The notes beneath the pieces were generated by a model that saw nothing but the letters and a program-made list of their open reading frames with translations, was not told the DNA's origin and made no database searches. Below are positions 39,686-49,563 of a stretch of 64,000 nucleotides of DNA, in pieces. Made by a program: the position numbers and the translations under genes. Origin of the DNA: an uncultured bacterium. Its GTDB lineage: Bacteria > Krumholzibacteriota > Krumholzibacteriia > WVZY01. Each line of letters opens with the position of its first letter. Within the stretch, counting starts at the first letter, position 1. Location: assembly GCA_964464035.1 (NCBI GenBank), contig CAYXEN010000006.1, forward strand, positions 649 to 64,648, written 5' to 3'.

Positions 39686-40996
39686 ATGAAGAAACTCTTG
39701 AACTGGAACGGTGAGAAGGATTACGCGATCACGAACGTCTTGATTGTGGATCCCTCGGAAGGCAAGACCTTTCCCGGTCACTTGATCATCAAGGATGGAT
39801 CCTTGGAGGCCACCGGTGAAGGCGATGCGCCGAAAAGCGGTCTTCCCGTCTTCGACGGCGAGGGACTCCACCTCTCTCCCGGTTTCATCGACATTCACGT
39901 CCACCTGCGGGAGCCGGGATTCGAGCACAAGGAGGACATCCGTTCCGGTACGCTGGCAGCGGCGGCCGGCGGATTCACGTCGGTTGCCTGCATGCCGAAC
40001 ACGGACCCGGCCATAGACGACAAGAGCGTGGTGGATTTCATCCTCCGCAAGGCCCGGACAACGGGCTTCGCGAAAGTGTACCCGGTGGCGGCGGCGACGG
40101 TGGGGAGGAAGGGCGAGAAGCTCAGCGAATTCGGGCGCCTCGTGCAGGCGGGAGCCGTCGCTTTCAGTGACGACGGCGCTCCCATAGCAACGGCCCAGAT
40201 GATGCGGAGAGTGCTGGAATACGCGGGGCACTTCGACGTTCCCGTCATCGAGCATTGCGAAGACCTTTCGACATCCGCCGGCGGGGTGATGAACGAGGGA
40301 TTCTATTCGACCAAACTGGGTCTCCCGGGCATCCCCTCGTTCAGCGAGGAGATCTGCCTGGCGCGCGACCTCCTCGTCCTGAGAAACGTGAGAGCGCGGC
40401 TCCACGTTGCCCACGTGTCGAGCGCCGGTTCGGTGGAGATGATAAGGGAAGCGAAGAAAAGGGGCCTTCGCGTCACGTGCGAGACGGCTCCGCACTATTT
40501 CTCGCTGGATGACGGAGAACTCGAAGGATATGATCCCAACCTGAGAATCAATCCTCCGCTGAGGAGTGCGGACGATCGCGATGCGATCATAAGAGGACTG
40601 AAGGACGGAACCATCGACTGCATCGCCACCGATCACGCGCCCCATGCGCTGGAAGAGAAGGAAGTCGAATTCGATCGGGCCCCGGCCGGCGCCATCGGGC
40701 TGGAGACGGCTCTTGCCGTCGCTTGCACTTTTCTGGTGAAGCCGGGACACCTGTCACTTGCCGAAGTGATCCGGTTGCTTACCGTGAAACCGGCCGAGGT
40801 GATCGGGATTCCGGGCGGGGTCCTCGAGAAGGGCGCTCCGGCCGATCTCACTCTTTTCGATCCCGAGGAGGAGTGGGTGGTCGATGCGGGAGGTTTTCAC
40901 TCCAAGTCGAAGAATTCGCCCTTCATAGGCAGGAAGCTCAGCGGCCGCGTCAAGCATACGATAATAGAGGGCCGGGTGATTTCTTTCACCGGGTGA
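39686..40996 (+). CDS. pyrC: Dihydroorotase
   Basis: DIHVHLREPG, AGGFT, MPNTDP, EHCED, HVAHVS, NPPLR, ATDHAPH. Confidence 0.95.
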   Translation: MKKLLNWNGEKDYAITNVLIVDPSEGKTFPGHLIIKDGSLEATGEGDAPKSGLPVFDGEGLHLSPGFIDIHVHLREPGFEHKEDIRSGTLAAAAGGFTSVACMPNTDPAIDDKSVVDFILRKARTTGFAKVYPVAAATVGRKGEKLSEFGRLVQAGAVAFSDDGAPIATAQMMRRVLEYAGHFDVPVIEHCEDLSTSAGGVMNEGFYSTKLGLPGIPSFSEEICLARDLLVLRNVRARLHVAHVSSAGSVEMIREAKKRGLRVTCETAPHYFSLDDGELEGYDPNLRINPPLRSADDRDAIIRGLKDGTIDCIATDHAPHALEEKEVEFDRAPAGAIGLETALAVACTFLVKPGHLSLAEVIRLLTVKPAEVIGIPGGVLEKGAPADLTLFDPEEEWVVDAGGFHSKSKNSPFIGRKLSGRVKHTIIEGRVISFTG

Positions 40997-41066
40997 GACG
41001 CCGTCGCCGCTCGAAGTCCGATGAGCGGCTCGCGGACAAGGGAACAACCAGGAGACTTGGTGAACC

Positions 41067-42461
41067 GTGAAGCCTGGATCCAGGCAGAATGCAGGTTGTG
41101 TCCTGCTCTTCATGTTGATTGCAAGCGTCACCCTCCCGGGGTGCGCCTACTTCAATCTCCTTTACAACGCCAGGCATACCTATGAAAAGGCTTCATCGAT
41201 ACCACTGGCCAGGGACGGCAAGCCTACCCGCCAACAGATCGAACTCTACAACGATGTCATCAAGAAGTGCGAAGCCCTGGTGACGAACTACCCCAAGAGC
41301 AAGTGGGTCGATGACGCGATTCTTCTCATGGGAAAATCCCTCTACATGCAGATGGAATACGACAAGGCCATCGTGAAGTTCAACGAGTTGGAAGAGCTTT
41401 TCCCGGACAGCAAACTCAACGAGGAAGGGCGGATATACCTGGCGCGATCGTATCTTGGAAAGGACAAGGTCGACCAGGCGCTCCTGGTTCTCCGCAAGTT
41501 CATAGGCAAGTACAAAAAGAGCCGCTACATGGACGAAGCCTTGTTCCTGCTCGGGACGAACCAGATGAAAATGGACGATGCGGAAGCCGCCATGGCCACG
41601 CTGGGAACCCTTGCGAAGAAATACCCCCATAGCAAGTACAGGATCGAAGCGGACGTCGAACTGGCGGCGATCTTGATGGAGAAGGGGGATTACGAAGCCA
41701 GCCTGGATATTTACCGCCGTCTAGTGAACGAGAAGCTGGACGTGGAAGTTCTGAACGAGTGCCTGGCCAGGATGGCCGAAGCATATCTCCAAATGAAGGA
41801 CTACACCAACGCCCTCGAGACCGCGAACCGCATCGGTGGGGGGAATCTCAAGCCCGTGGAGAGGGCCGGGAAGATGTTGCTGAGGGCCAAGGCCTACGCC
41901 GGCCTCGATTCCACGGCCAGGGCGATCGACGTGTACAAGACCGTCGCCGCCCGGTTCCCCAAGTCGATGTTCAGCGCCGAGGCTTGTTATCGCCTGGGAA
42001 TGCTCTATCAGGAACGGCTCGACAGTCTAGTGCTGGCGAAGAAACAGTTCGAGAGAGTGCCCAAGCAGTATCCGAAGTCTCCTTTCGCCAAGGAAGCCAT
42101 AAGGAGAAGTTCCAACATCTCCAATCTCCTCAAGTTCAGCCGGAACCTCGGAGCCGGCAGCGAGGAAAAGAAAGCCGACGCCCAATTCAAGCTCGCCGAG
42201 ATCCAGCTCACCCAGTTCGACAACGCCGAAAAAGCGCTCCAGGAATACAAGAAGTTCCTGGAACGATTCGGATCGAGCGAACTCGCTCCCAAGGCTGCTT
42301 ATTCCATCGGGTACATCTACGGTACCGTCCTCGGCGATTCGGCGAAGGCGGCGGAAGCGTTCCAGTATCTCGTCGAACATTATCCCGATTCGCAGCAGGC
42401 TGAGTACGCCAGGCGGTTCTTGAACAAGAAAGGCGTGAAGGATGAAGACGGGGGGAACTGA
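41067..42461 (+). CDS. TPR-repeat lipoprotein
   Basis: Lipobox LPGC followed by AYFNLLYNA; YPKSKWVDDA; multiple TPR repeats. Confidence 0.8.
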   Translation: MKPGSRQNAGCVLLFMLIASVTLPGCAYFNLLYNARHTYEKASSIPLARDGKPTRQQIELYNDVIKKCEALVTNYPKSKWVDDAILLMGKSLYMQMEYDKAIVKFNELEELFPDSKLNEEGRIYLARSYLGKDKVDQALLVLRKFIGKYKKSRYMDEALFLLGTNQMKMDDAEAAMATLGTLAKKYPHSKYRIEADVELAAILMEKGDYEASLDIYRRLVNEKLDVEVLNECLARMAEAYLQMKDYTNALETANRIGGGNLKPVERAGKMLLRAKAYAGLDSTARAIDVYKTVAARFPKSMFSAEACYRLGMLYQERLDSLVLAKKQFERVPKQYPKSPFAKEAIRRSSNISNLLKFSRNLGAGSEEKKADAQFKLAEIQLTQFDNAEKALQEYKKFLERFGSSELAPKAAYSIGYIYGTVLGDSAKAAEAFQYLVEHYPDSQQAEYARRFLNKKGVKDEDGGN

Positions 42462-43257
42462 AGCGGGAACGGCGGGCGAGCACACCTCGGTCGTGATCGA
42501 GAACGTTCGCCTCAATGATCGTTATTTCCTCCTCGTTCTGTCCCGGCCGCCCGGATTCGCCGATCCTCTCCCCGGGAACTTCGTTCACGTGGCGATTCCC
42601 GGCTCCGCAAGGTTCTTCCTGAGACGCCCGTTCAGCATTCTCGATTGCACGGATGAACGGATATCGCTTCTCGTTCTCGAGAAAGGGGAAGGCACCGGCA
42701 TCCTTCGCAGGTCGAAGCCGGGCGACGAGATCGACTTCATGGGGCCGCTGGGAAATTCCTTTCCCCTCCTTCCCGGCAAGCGGATAATGGCCGTGGGAGG
42801 CGGGGTCGGGCTGGCGCCGCTCTACATGTATGGGCGTTTCGATCACGGAGCGGCCGAGTACAAGCTCATCTTCGGAGCGCGGTCGAAAGAAGATCTCTTC
42901 CTCGATCGCCTTGCTCTGGATGACATGTGCTTCGAGGCCGCGACCGAGGACGGGAGTCACGGCTTTCAGGGGAACGTAGTAGAACTCGCCGCCCGCAGCC
43001 TCGAGGTGAATCCCCCGGAGGCGGTTTTTTCGTGCGGGCCTCCGGGCATGCTGAAAGCCCTGGCCCGGCTGTTGGACGGTGCGGGAATGACTCACTACGT
43101 TTCGCTGGAGAACAGGATGGCGTGCGGGATCGGCGTGTGCCGCTCCTGCGTGATAAGGATCAGAAGCGGCGAGGGTGTCGTCAACAGGACGGTCTGCAAG
43201 GATGGGCCTGTGTTCCCGGCGGATCTCATTCTGTGGGATGAGCTTGCAGCGCCCTGA
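42442..43257 (+). CDS. pyrK: Dihydroorotate dehydrogenase electron transfer subunit
   Basis: LRRPFSI, GPLGNSF, GGGVGLAP, CGPPGM, MACGIGVCRSC...CKDGPVF [2Fe-2S] motif. Confidence 0.92.
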   Translation: MKTGGTEAGTAGEHTSVVIENVRLNDRYFLLVLSRPPGFADPLPGNFVHVAIPGSARFFLRRPFSILDCTDERISLLVLEKGEGTGILRRSKPGDEIDFMGPLGNSFPLLPGKRIMAVGGGVGLAPLYMYGRFDHGAAEYKLIFGARSKEDLFLDRLALDDMCFEAATEDGSHGFQGNVVELAARSLEVNPPEAVFSCGPPGMLKALARLLDGAGMTHYVSLENRMACGIGVCRSCVIRIRSGEGVVNRTVCKDGPVFPADLILWDELAAP

Positions 43258-43295
43258 TCCTGAGGGCGGCGGAACCGCCCGCAACCAGGGGGATC

Positions 43296-44186
43296 GTGAT
43301 GCGGGATAGAATCTCGGTGAGAATAGGGAAGATAGAATTCAAGAACCCGGTATTCAGTGCTTCCGGGATTTGGGGATACGGGGACGAGATCTCCTCTCTG
43401 GTCGAACTGGACAGGCTCGGGGGCATGGTGACCAAGACGCTCACGCTGGAACCGCGGACCGGTAACGTCCTTCCGCGCATTCAGGAACTTCCCACCGGAC
43501 TGCTCAACAGCATAGGGTTGGAGAACGTGGGTATCGCCGCTTTCATAGAAGACAAACTCCCCGTCGTCGCAAAGCTCGGGACGGCGGTGGTGGTGAGCAT
43601 AGCCGGGGACGACGAGGACGCCTTCGCCGAACTCAGCGCAAGGCTAGCAGCCGCCGAAGGATACGTCGGCGTAGAGATCAACCTGAGTTGCCCCAACGTG
43701 CAGAAAGGCGGCATCGATCACGGAAGGAATCCGGTCGCCGTGGAGAGGATCACTGCGATCGTCAAGCGCGCCTTGCCGGACAAGGCCGTCATGGTGAAGC
43801 TCACGCCGAACGTGACCAGCATAGCCGACGTCGCTTCGGCCGCCGAGGCGGGAGGGGCGGACGCCGTCACGGCGATCAATACTCTTCTCGGGGCGGATTT
43901 CGACCTGGCGACCGGCAAGCCGGTTTTCGCAAGGGTCTCGGCCGGTTACTCAGGTCCGGGTATCCTTCCGGTCGCCCTGGAAAAAGTCTGGGAGACCTCC
44001 CGGGCGGTGTCGATACCGGTGATCGGGGTAGGGGGCATAGGATCCATAGACGATGCGAGAAAGTTCTTTCTGGCGGGGGCAAGCGCCGTTCAGATCGGAA
44101 CGGCGCTCTTCACGCGGCCGCGGTTGGCCGAGGAGATAGTGGCCGCACTGGAAGCCAACCCGCAATGGGTGACGGGAGGTGCATGA
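43296..44186 (+). CDS. pyrD: Dihydroorotate dehydrogenase 1B catalytic subunit
   Basis: KNPVFSASG, LLNSIGLEN, NLSCPN, KLTPNV, AINT, GYSG, GVGGI. Confidence 0.94.
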   Translation: MMRDRISVRIGKIEFKNPVFSASGIWGYGDEISSLVELDRLGGMVTKTLTLEPRTGNVLPRIQELPTGLLNSIGLENVGIAAFIEDKLPVVAKLGTAVVVSIAGDDEDAFAELSARLAAAEGYVGVEINLSCPNVQKGGIDHGRNPVAVERITAIVKRALPDKAVMVKLTPNVTSIADVASAAEAGGADAVTAINTLLGADFDLATGKPVFARVSAGYSGPGILPVALEKVWETSRAVSIPVIGVGGIGSIDDARKFFLAGASAVQIGTALFTRPRLAEEIVAALEANPQWVTGGA

Positions 44187-44897
44187 ATGGCATCGAAAAA
44201 CGAAGCTGAATTGATCGTCGCTCTGGATGTCGGCGACATCGAAGAAGCCGGGACCCTGGTGGGAAGACTCTCGGGTCATGTGAAGTGGTTCAAGGTCGGT
44301 TCGAAACTCTTCACTCGCGAAGGGCCCTCCGTCTGCAGGATGGTCAAGGACGCCGGGTGCAAGCTCTTCCTGGATCTCAAGTTCCACGACATACCCAACA
44401 CTGTCCACGGCGCGGTGCTTTCCGCCCTGGCGTGTGATGCGGACATGCTGACCCTTCATGCCTCGGGTGGAGTCGAAATGCTCCGGGCGGCCGTCAGGGC
44501 CAGGATGGATCTGGACAAACCCGAAGCCAGGCTCGTCGCGGTCACGCTGCTCACCCACCTGGACGGCGAGAGCTTCAGTGATCTTTTCCCCGGGACGCCG
44601 CCTGGAGAGGAGATGGTGATCCGCCTCGCCGGCAAGGCGAAAGAGGCGGGGATGGACGGGGTGGTGGCCTCGGCCCGGGAGGTGGCTGTGATCAAGGCGA
44701 ACCTGGGCGCGGATTTCAAGGTCGTGACCCCCGGCATCAGGCTCGGAGACGAGAACGGGGACGACCAGAAGCGGGTTGCGACCCCGGAGCGGGCGGTCCG
44801 GGACGGTGCGGACTACCTGGTCGTGGGAAGGCCGATAATAGGAGCCTGTGATCCCGTCGCCGCCTGTGAACAGTTTCTTGCAAGAATGAGGATCTGA
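44187..44897 (+). CDS. pyrF: Orotidine-5'-phosphate decarboxylase
   Basis: IVALD, FKVG, FLDLKFHDIPNTV, VTPGIR, DQKRVATP, VVGRPI. Confidence 0.96.
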   Translation: MASKNEAELIVALDVGDIEEAGTLVGRLSGHVKWFKVGSKLFTREGPSVCRMVKDAGCKLFLDLKFHDIPNTVHGAVLSALACDADMLTLHASGGVEMLRAAVRARMDLDKPEARLVAVTLLTHLDGESFSDLFPGTPPGEEMVIRLAGKAKEAGMDGVVASAREVAVIKANLGADFKVVTPGIRLGDENGDDQKRVATPERAVRDGADYLVVGRPIIGACDPVAACEQFLARMRI

Positions 44898-44930
44898 ACT
44901 CTTTCATCGATCCCGCGGAGGCCGCCGGAC

Positions 44931-46199
44931 TTGGAACCCAGATTGACAACCGCCCTGATTTTCTTCTTGAGCTACGGGGCGATAATCGCCTTCAAGACGA
45001 AGAAGAGCCAGATGCTCTGGCTGGGCATAGCCGCCGGCATGCTCGTCGGCCACATAACCCTCCGGGACATCGTTCACGACGTGAACTGGAACGTGATGGG
45101 GATCTTCGCCGGGACGCTTCTTCTCGCCGAATCCTTCCTGCTGTCGGGAGTCCCGGCCGCTGTCGCCGCCTACCTGGTCAGGAGATCCTCCAACACGGGA
45201 ACTGCGTTCCTGTACGTGTGCCTGCTCTCCTCCTTCCTCTCCATTTTCATCGAGAACGTCGCCGTCGTGCTGATAGTCGCCCCCATCGCCCTGAGCATCG
45301 CGAAGAAGGCGAAAGTCTCTCCGGTAGCGGTCATCATCGGCATAGCGATCGCTTCGAATCTCCAGGGAACCGCCACGTTGATAGGCGATCCCCCGAGCAT
45401 GATCCTGGCGAATTTCAAGAGAATGAACTTCAATGACTTCTTCTTCTACAAGGGCAGGCTCGGGATCTTTTTCGCGGTCGAGGCCGGCGCCGTCGTTTCG
45501 ATGGCGATCCTCTATCTCTTTTTCAGAAGGAAAAGGAGCGCGGTGAGCGTGGAGGAACCGGAGGAGATCAGGAGTTATCTCCCCACGGTCCTGATCGCGG
45601 CCATGATCGTCGGCTTGTCGTTCTCGTCGCTTTTCGACCCGGATTTCAAGTGGTTCGGGGGATCGCTGTGCATGGTTCTGGGGATCGCCTGCACCTTGTC
45701 CGGCTGGACCAGCGCGGAAGAAAAGAAGGGTCTTCTCCGGCGCTACGATCTTCCCACGACGGCGTTCCTTGCGGGCGTATTCGTGATGGTGGGAATGCTG
45801 GAGAGGACCGGGGTGATCGACACGTTCGCCGACTTCATGGGCTCCCACATCGGGTCCAATCCCTTGAGCGCATTCTTGATCATAGTGTGGGGCTCCGTCG
45901 CCTTCAGCGCCTTCGTCGACAATGTCCCGTACATAACCACGATGGTCCCGGTGGTACAACGGATCTCGACGGGCATCGCGGGCGGCGACGAGCTTCTCGT
46001 TTTCGGCCTTCTCATCGGCGCCTGCCTCGGGGGAAACATAACCCCGGTCGGGGCGAGCGCGAACGTGGTCTCGACGGGATTGTTGCGCCGGGCCGGGCAC
46101 CGCATATCTTTCGGGCGGTTCGTGACGATCGGCCTTCCCTTCACCCTGGCGGCGACGCTCGTCGGATCTCTCGTCATCTACCTCGTCTGGGGGCATTGA
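44931..46199 (+). CDS. ArsB/NhaD/CitMHS-family (SLC13-like) ion transporter
   Basis: SIFIENVA, ASNLQGTATLIGDPP, SAFVDNVP, CLGGNITPVGASAN; about 11 transmembrane helices. Confidence 0.85.
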   Translation: MEPRLTTALIFFLSYGAIIAFKTKKSQMLWLGIAAGMLVGHITLRDIVHDVNWNVMGIFAGTLLLAESFLLSGVPAAVAAYLVRRSSNTGTAFLYVCLLSSFLSIFIENVAVVLIVAPIALSIAKKAKVSPVAVIIGIAIASNLQGTATLIGDPPSMILANFKRMNFNDFFFYKGRLGIFFAVEAGAVVSMAILYLFFRRKRSAVSVEEPEEIRSYLPTVLIAAMIVGLSFSSLFDPDFKWFGGSLCMVLGIACTLSGWTSAEEKKGLLRRYDLPTTAFLAGVFVMVGMLERTGVIDTFADFMGSHIGSNPLSAFLIIVWGSVAFSAFVDNVPYITTMVPVVQRISTGIAGGDELLVFGLLIGACLGGNITPVGASANVVSTGLLRRAGHRISFGRFVTIGLPFTLAATLVGSLVIYLVWGH

Positions 46200-46209
46200 G
46201 CCAAACCCT

Positions 46210-46238
46210 TTGACTCTTAAGGCGATTTGCCTTATTCT
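46210..46238 (+). promoter_or_regulatory. Putative sigma70 promoter of the polysaccharide cluster
   Basis: TTGACT-N17-TATTCT. Confidence 0.65.
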
Positions 46239-46271
46239 ATGATTTCATCCACCCGAACGAAAGGATTGTTC

Positions 46272-47231
46272 ATGCGAGTACTCATCACGGGTATAACAGG
46301 TTTCGTCGGCAGTCACCTGGCCGATTTCCTCCTCGCCAGGGGAGGAGTGGACATATACGGGATTGTGAGGTGGCGGAGCAGGACGGAGAACGTGTCGCAT
46401 CTTCAGGGCAAGGTCAAGTTCATGGAGTGCGACTTGAGGGACGCCGGCTCGACGAGGGACATCATCGAGGAGGTCAGGCCCGAATACATCTTTCATCTCG
46501 CCGCCCAGAGCTTCGTCCCCACGAGCTGGAACGCCCCTTCGGAAAGCCTCGTGACCAACGTCATCGGCCAGCTCAACATCTTCGAGGCGGTGCGCAAGAT
46601 AAAACTGGATTGCCGGATACAGCTCGCCTGTTCCAGCGAGGAATACGGCCTGGTCAAGGAGGACGAGCTGCCCATCACCGAAGACAATCCGCTTCGCCCG
46701 TTGAGCCCCTACGGAGTGAGCAAAGTGGGACAGGACCTTCTCGGCTATCAGTATTTCATGAGCTACAAGATGGACATCGTGAGAACCAGGGGATTCAACC
46801 ACACCGGTCCCCGGAGAGCACCGGTTTTCGTCTGTTCGGACTTCGCAAAGCAGATCGCCGATATAGAGAAAGGGTTGAAGGAGCCGGTGATAAGGGTAGG
46901 CAACCTCGACGCCAAGAGGGATTTCACCGACGTGCGCGACATGGTGAGGGCCTATTTACTTGCCCTGGAGAAGGGCAAAGGCGGCGCCGTCTACAACATA
47001 TGCTCCGGCAGGAGCTGGAGCATGAAGGAAGTCCTCGACATGCTGCTCTCGATGACGGACGCGAAGATCGAGGTGGAGGTCGACAAGGCACGCCTTCGTC
47101 CTTCCGACGTGCCCGTTCTTCTCGGCGACTGTTCCCGTTTCAAGAAAGATACGGGGTGGGAACCCACCATACCCTTCGAACAGACTCTCAAGGACATCAT
47201 CGATTACTGGAGAAACAGGCAGGGAGATTAG
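46272..47231 (+). CDS. GDP-mannose 4,6-dehydratase / GDP-4-keto-6-deoxymannose reductase-like SDR
   Basis: GITGFVG, HLAAQS, SSEEYG, YGVSK, FNHTGP, GNLDAKRDF. Confidence 0.85.
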   Translation: MRVLITGITGFVGSHLADFLLARGGVDIYGIVRWRSRTENVSHLQGKVKFMECDLRDAGSTRDIIEEVRPEYIFHLAAQSFVPTSWNAPSESLVTNVIGQLNIFEAVRKIKLDCRIQLACSSEEYGLVKEDELPITEDNPLRPLSPYGVSKVGQDLLGYQYFMSYKMDIVRTRGFNHTGPRRAPVFVCSDFAKQIADIEKGLKEPVIRVGNLDAKRDFTDVRDMVRAYLLALEKGKGGAVYNICSGRSWSMKEVLDMLLSMTDAKIEVEVDKARLRPSDVPVLLGDCSRFKKDTGWEPTIPFEQTLKDIIDYWRNRQGD

Positions 47232-48200
47232 GTGAAGAGAGTCCTTGTAACCGGGTGTTCGGGCTTCGTCGGTAGAAACCTCGTTCCCATGCTGATGGAT
47301 GAGGGCTTCGAAGTCTGGGGAGTGGATGTCAGGGACTGGGAGGAAGGTTTCCCCGGGACGGGCTTCCGCAAGTTGGACCTGTCCGACCGGCGGGAGACGT
47401 CGAAGACGCTTGCCCGAGTCAAACCCGAGGCGATCATCCATCTCGCCGCGATGTCAAGCGCCGGGCGGTCTTTCGCAGAACCCCTGGACACTATCAGGGT
47501 CAACCTGCTTTCCACCCTTACCATTCTCGAGCACGTGCGGATCGAGGGAGCGGGGACGCGCATCCTGGCCGTCGGGTCGGCGGAGGAATACGGGCCCGTC
47601 GACCGGGAGAAACTGCCCCTTCGCGAGGACATGCCCCCGAACCCGGTGAATCCCTACGCCCTGAGCAAGGTCTTTCAAGAAGATTGCTGCAAGCTCTATT
47701 CCTCCCTCTACGAAGTGGAAGTGGTCATGGCGAGAAGCTTCAACCATACAGGTCCGCACCAGACCGAGACCTTCGTTCTTCCCAGCCTGGCGAAACAGAT
47801 AACCGAGATAAAGCTGGGTATGAGGCCTCCCGAATTGGAGGTAGGCGACCTCCAAGTGAAAAGGGATTTTCTCGACGTCAGGGACGTCGCCGGCGCGTAC
47901 GTCGCTCTCCTTCTTGGCGGCAAGCGGGGCGAGGTGTACAATGTCTGCTCGGGAAAGTCTTGGACGCTCGAAGAGCTCCTGGGCAAGCTGTCCGCTCTGG
48001 CGGGCGTGACCCCTCGGATCACGGTGTCGCAAGCGAGGCTGCGCCCGGTCGACACGCGGGAACTGGTGGGGGACAACTCCAAGATAGTCCGGGATACCGG
48101 GTGGAGACCTCGAATCGGCATGGACGACACGCTCTCTTCCTTGCTGGATTATTGGGAAGAGCGCTTGGGCGGGCATGAGCGCGAAAGGGAAGATGCATGA
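47232..48200 (+). CDS. Second GMD/RMD-like extended SDR
   Basis: GCSGFVG, HLAAMS, SAEEYG, YALSK, FNHTGP, RDFLDVRD. Confidence 0.82.
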   Translation: MKRVLVTGCSGFVGRNLVPMLMDEGFEVWGVDVRDWEEGFPGTGFRKLDLSDRRETSKTLARVKPEAIIHLAAMSSAGRSFAEPLDTIRVNLLSTLTILEHVRIEGAGTRILAVGSAEEYGPVDREKLPLREDMPPNPVNPYALSKVFQEDCCKLYSSLYEVEVVMARSFNHTGPHQTETFVLPSLAKQITEIKLGMRPPELEVGDLQVKRDFLDVRDVAGAYVALLLGGKRGEVYNVCSGKSWTLEELLGKLSALAGVTPRITVSQARLRPVDTRELVGDNSKIVRDTGWRPRIGMDDTLSSLLDYWEERLGGHEREREDA

Positions 48201-48213
48201 CAGGAGGGAGTAG

Positions 48214-49527
48214 ATGATCAGGATATGCATGATCGGGACCGGCTACGTCGGTCTGGTTTCCGGAGCCTGCCTGGCCGATTTCGGGAACAACGTTTATTGC
48301 GTCGACATAGACAAGAAAAGGATCGAAGCTCTCCAGTCATGCGAGATTCCGATCTACGAACCCGGCTTGAAACACATGGTGGAACACAACGCCCAGGCGG
48401 GGCGACTGCACTTCACCACCGATCTGGGGAGCGCGGTCGGGGATTCAGACGTGATCTTCATCGCGGTGGGCACGCCGGCGAACGACGACGGAAGCACGGA
48501 CCTCTCCCAGGTGTTCGGCGCTTCCGAGGAACTGGCCTCTTATATCGACGGCTACAAGGTAATCGTCCAGAAGAGCACGGTTCCGGTGGGCACGACCCGC
48601 AGGATCGCCGACCACATAAAGAGCAAGGCCGCGAGAGGGGCTTCGTTCGACATGGTGGCGAACCCGGAGTTCTTGCGCGAGGGCTCGGCCATCGAGGATT
48701 TCCTCAGGCCCAACCGCGTCGTGATCGGGGTCGAATCCTCTCGTGCGGAAGAGATCATGAAGAAAGTGTACCGGCCGCTCTATCTCATAGAGACGCCCAT
48801 AGTGACCACGAATCTCGAGACGGCCGAGTTGATAAAGTATGCGAGCAACGCCTTCCTCGCGACGAAGATATCGTTCATAAACGAGATGGCGGCGATATGC
48901 GATCTCGTCGGCGCCGACGTGGACGACGTCGCCAAAGGCATGGGGCTCGACGGGAGGATAGGGCCGAAGTTCCTGCACGCGGGATTGGGTTACGGCGGCT
49001 CCTGCCTGCCCAAGGACGTCTCCTCGCTGATTCACGTGGCGCGAGTCCACGGATACGAGCCCGTGATCATAAGGGCGGCTCACCAGGTCAACGCCGGGCT
49101 CGTGGAGAGGGCGTTTGCGAAGCTGGAGGCCGAGCTCGATCGGCTCGAGGGCAAGAGGATCGCGGTCTTGGGCTTGTCCTTCAAGCCCAACACGGACGAT
49201 CTCAGGGAAGCCCCCTCGATAAAAATCATAAGCCGTCTCATAAAAAGTGGAGCGACGGTCAAGGTGTTCGATCCGGTGGCCATGGACAATTTCAGGGAGA
49301 AAGCAGGCCTCGAGGTCGAATACTCCAAGAATCCTTACGACGCCGCCGAGGGGTGTCACGCCCTCATGCTGTTGACGGAATGGAACGAGTTCAGGGAACT
49401 CGACCTGTCGAGATTGAAGAAGCTCCTGGCCCAGCCTGTGTTCATCGACTGCAGGAACGTGTACAAGAAAGAGCTCATGCGGGAGCACGGGTTCCGTTAT
49501 CAGTCTTTCGGCCGTGGCATGAATTGA
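48214..49527 (+). CDS. ugd: UDP-glucose/GDP-mannose 6-dehydrogenase
   Basis: GTGYVGL, PIYEPGL, KSTVPVG, NPEFLREG, KYASN, GYGGSCLPKD, FKPNTDD. Confidence 0.93.
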   Translation: MIRICMIGTGYVGLVSGACLADFGNNVYCVDIDKKRIEALQSCEIPIYEPGLKHMVEHNAQAGRLHFTTDLGSAVGDSDVIFIAVGTPANDDGSTDLSQVFGASEELASYIDGYKVIVQKSTVPVGTTRRIADHIKSKAARGASFDMVANPEFLREGSAIEDFLRPNRVVIGVESSRAEEIMKKVYRPLYLIETPIVTTNLETAELIKYASNAFLATKISFINEMAAICDLVGADVDDVAKGMGLDGRIGPKFLHAGLGYGGSCLPKDVSSLIHVARVHGYEPVIIRAAHQVNAGLVERAFAKLEAELDRLEGKRIAVLGLSFKPNTDDLREAPSIKIISRLIKSGATVKVFDPVAMDNFREKAGLEVEYSKNPYDAAEGCHALMLLTEWNEFRELDLSRLKKLLAQPVFIDCRNVYKKELMREHGFRYQSFGRGMN

Positions 49528-49563
49528 ACGCCCGTGACCCCGGGAGCGCGCAGGGAGAAGCGG

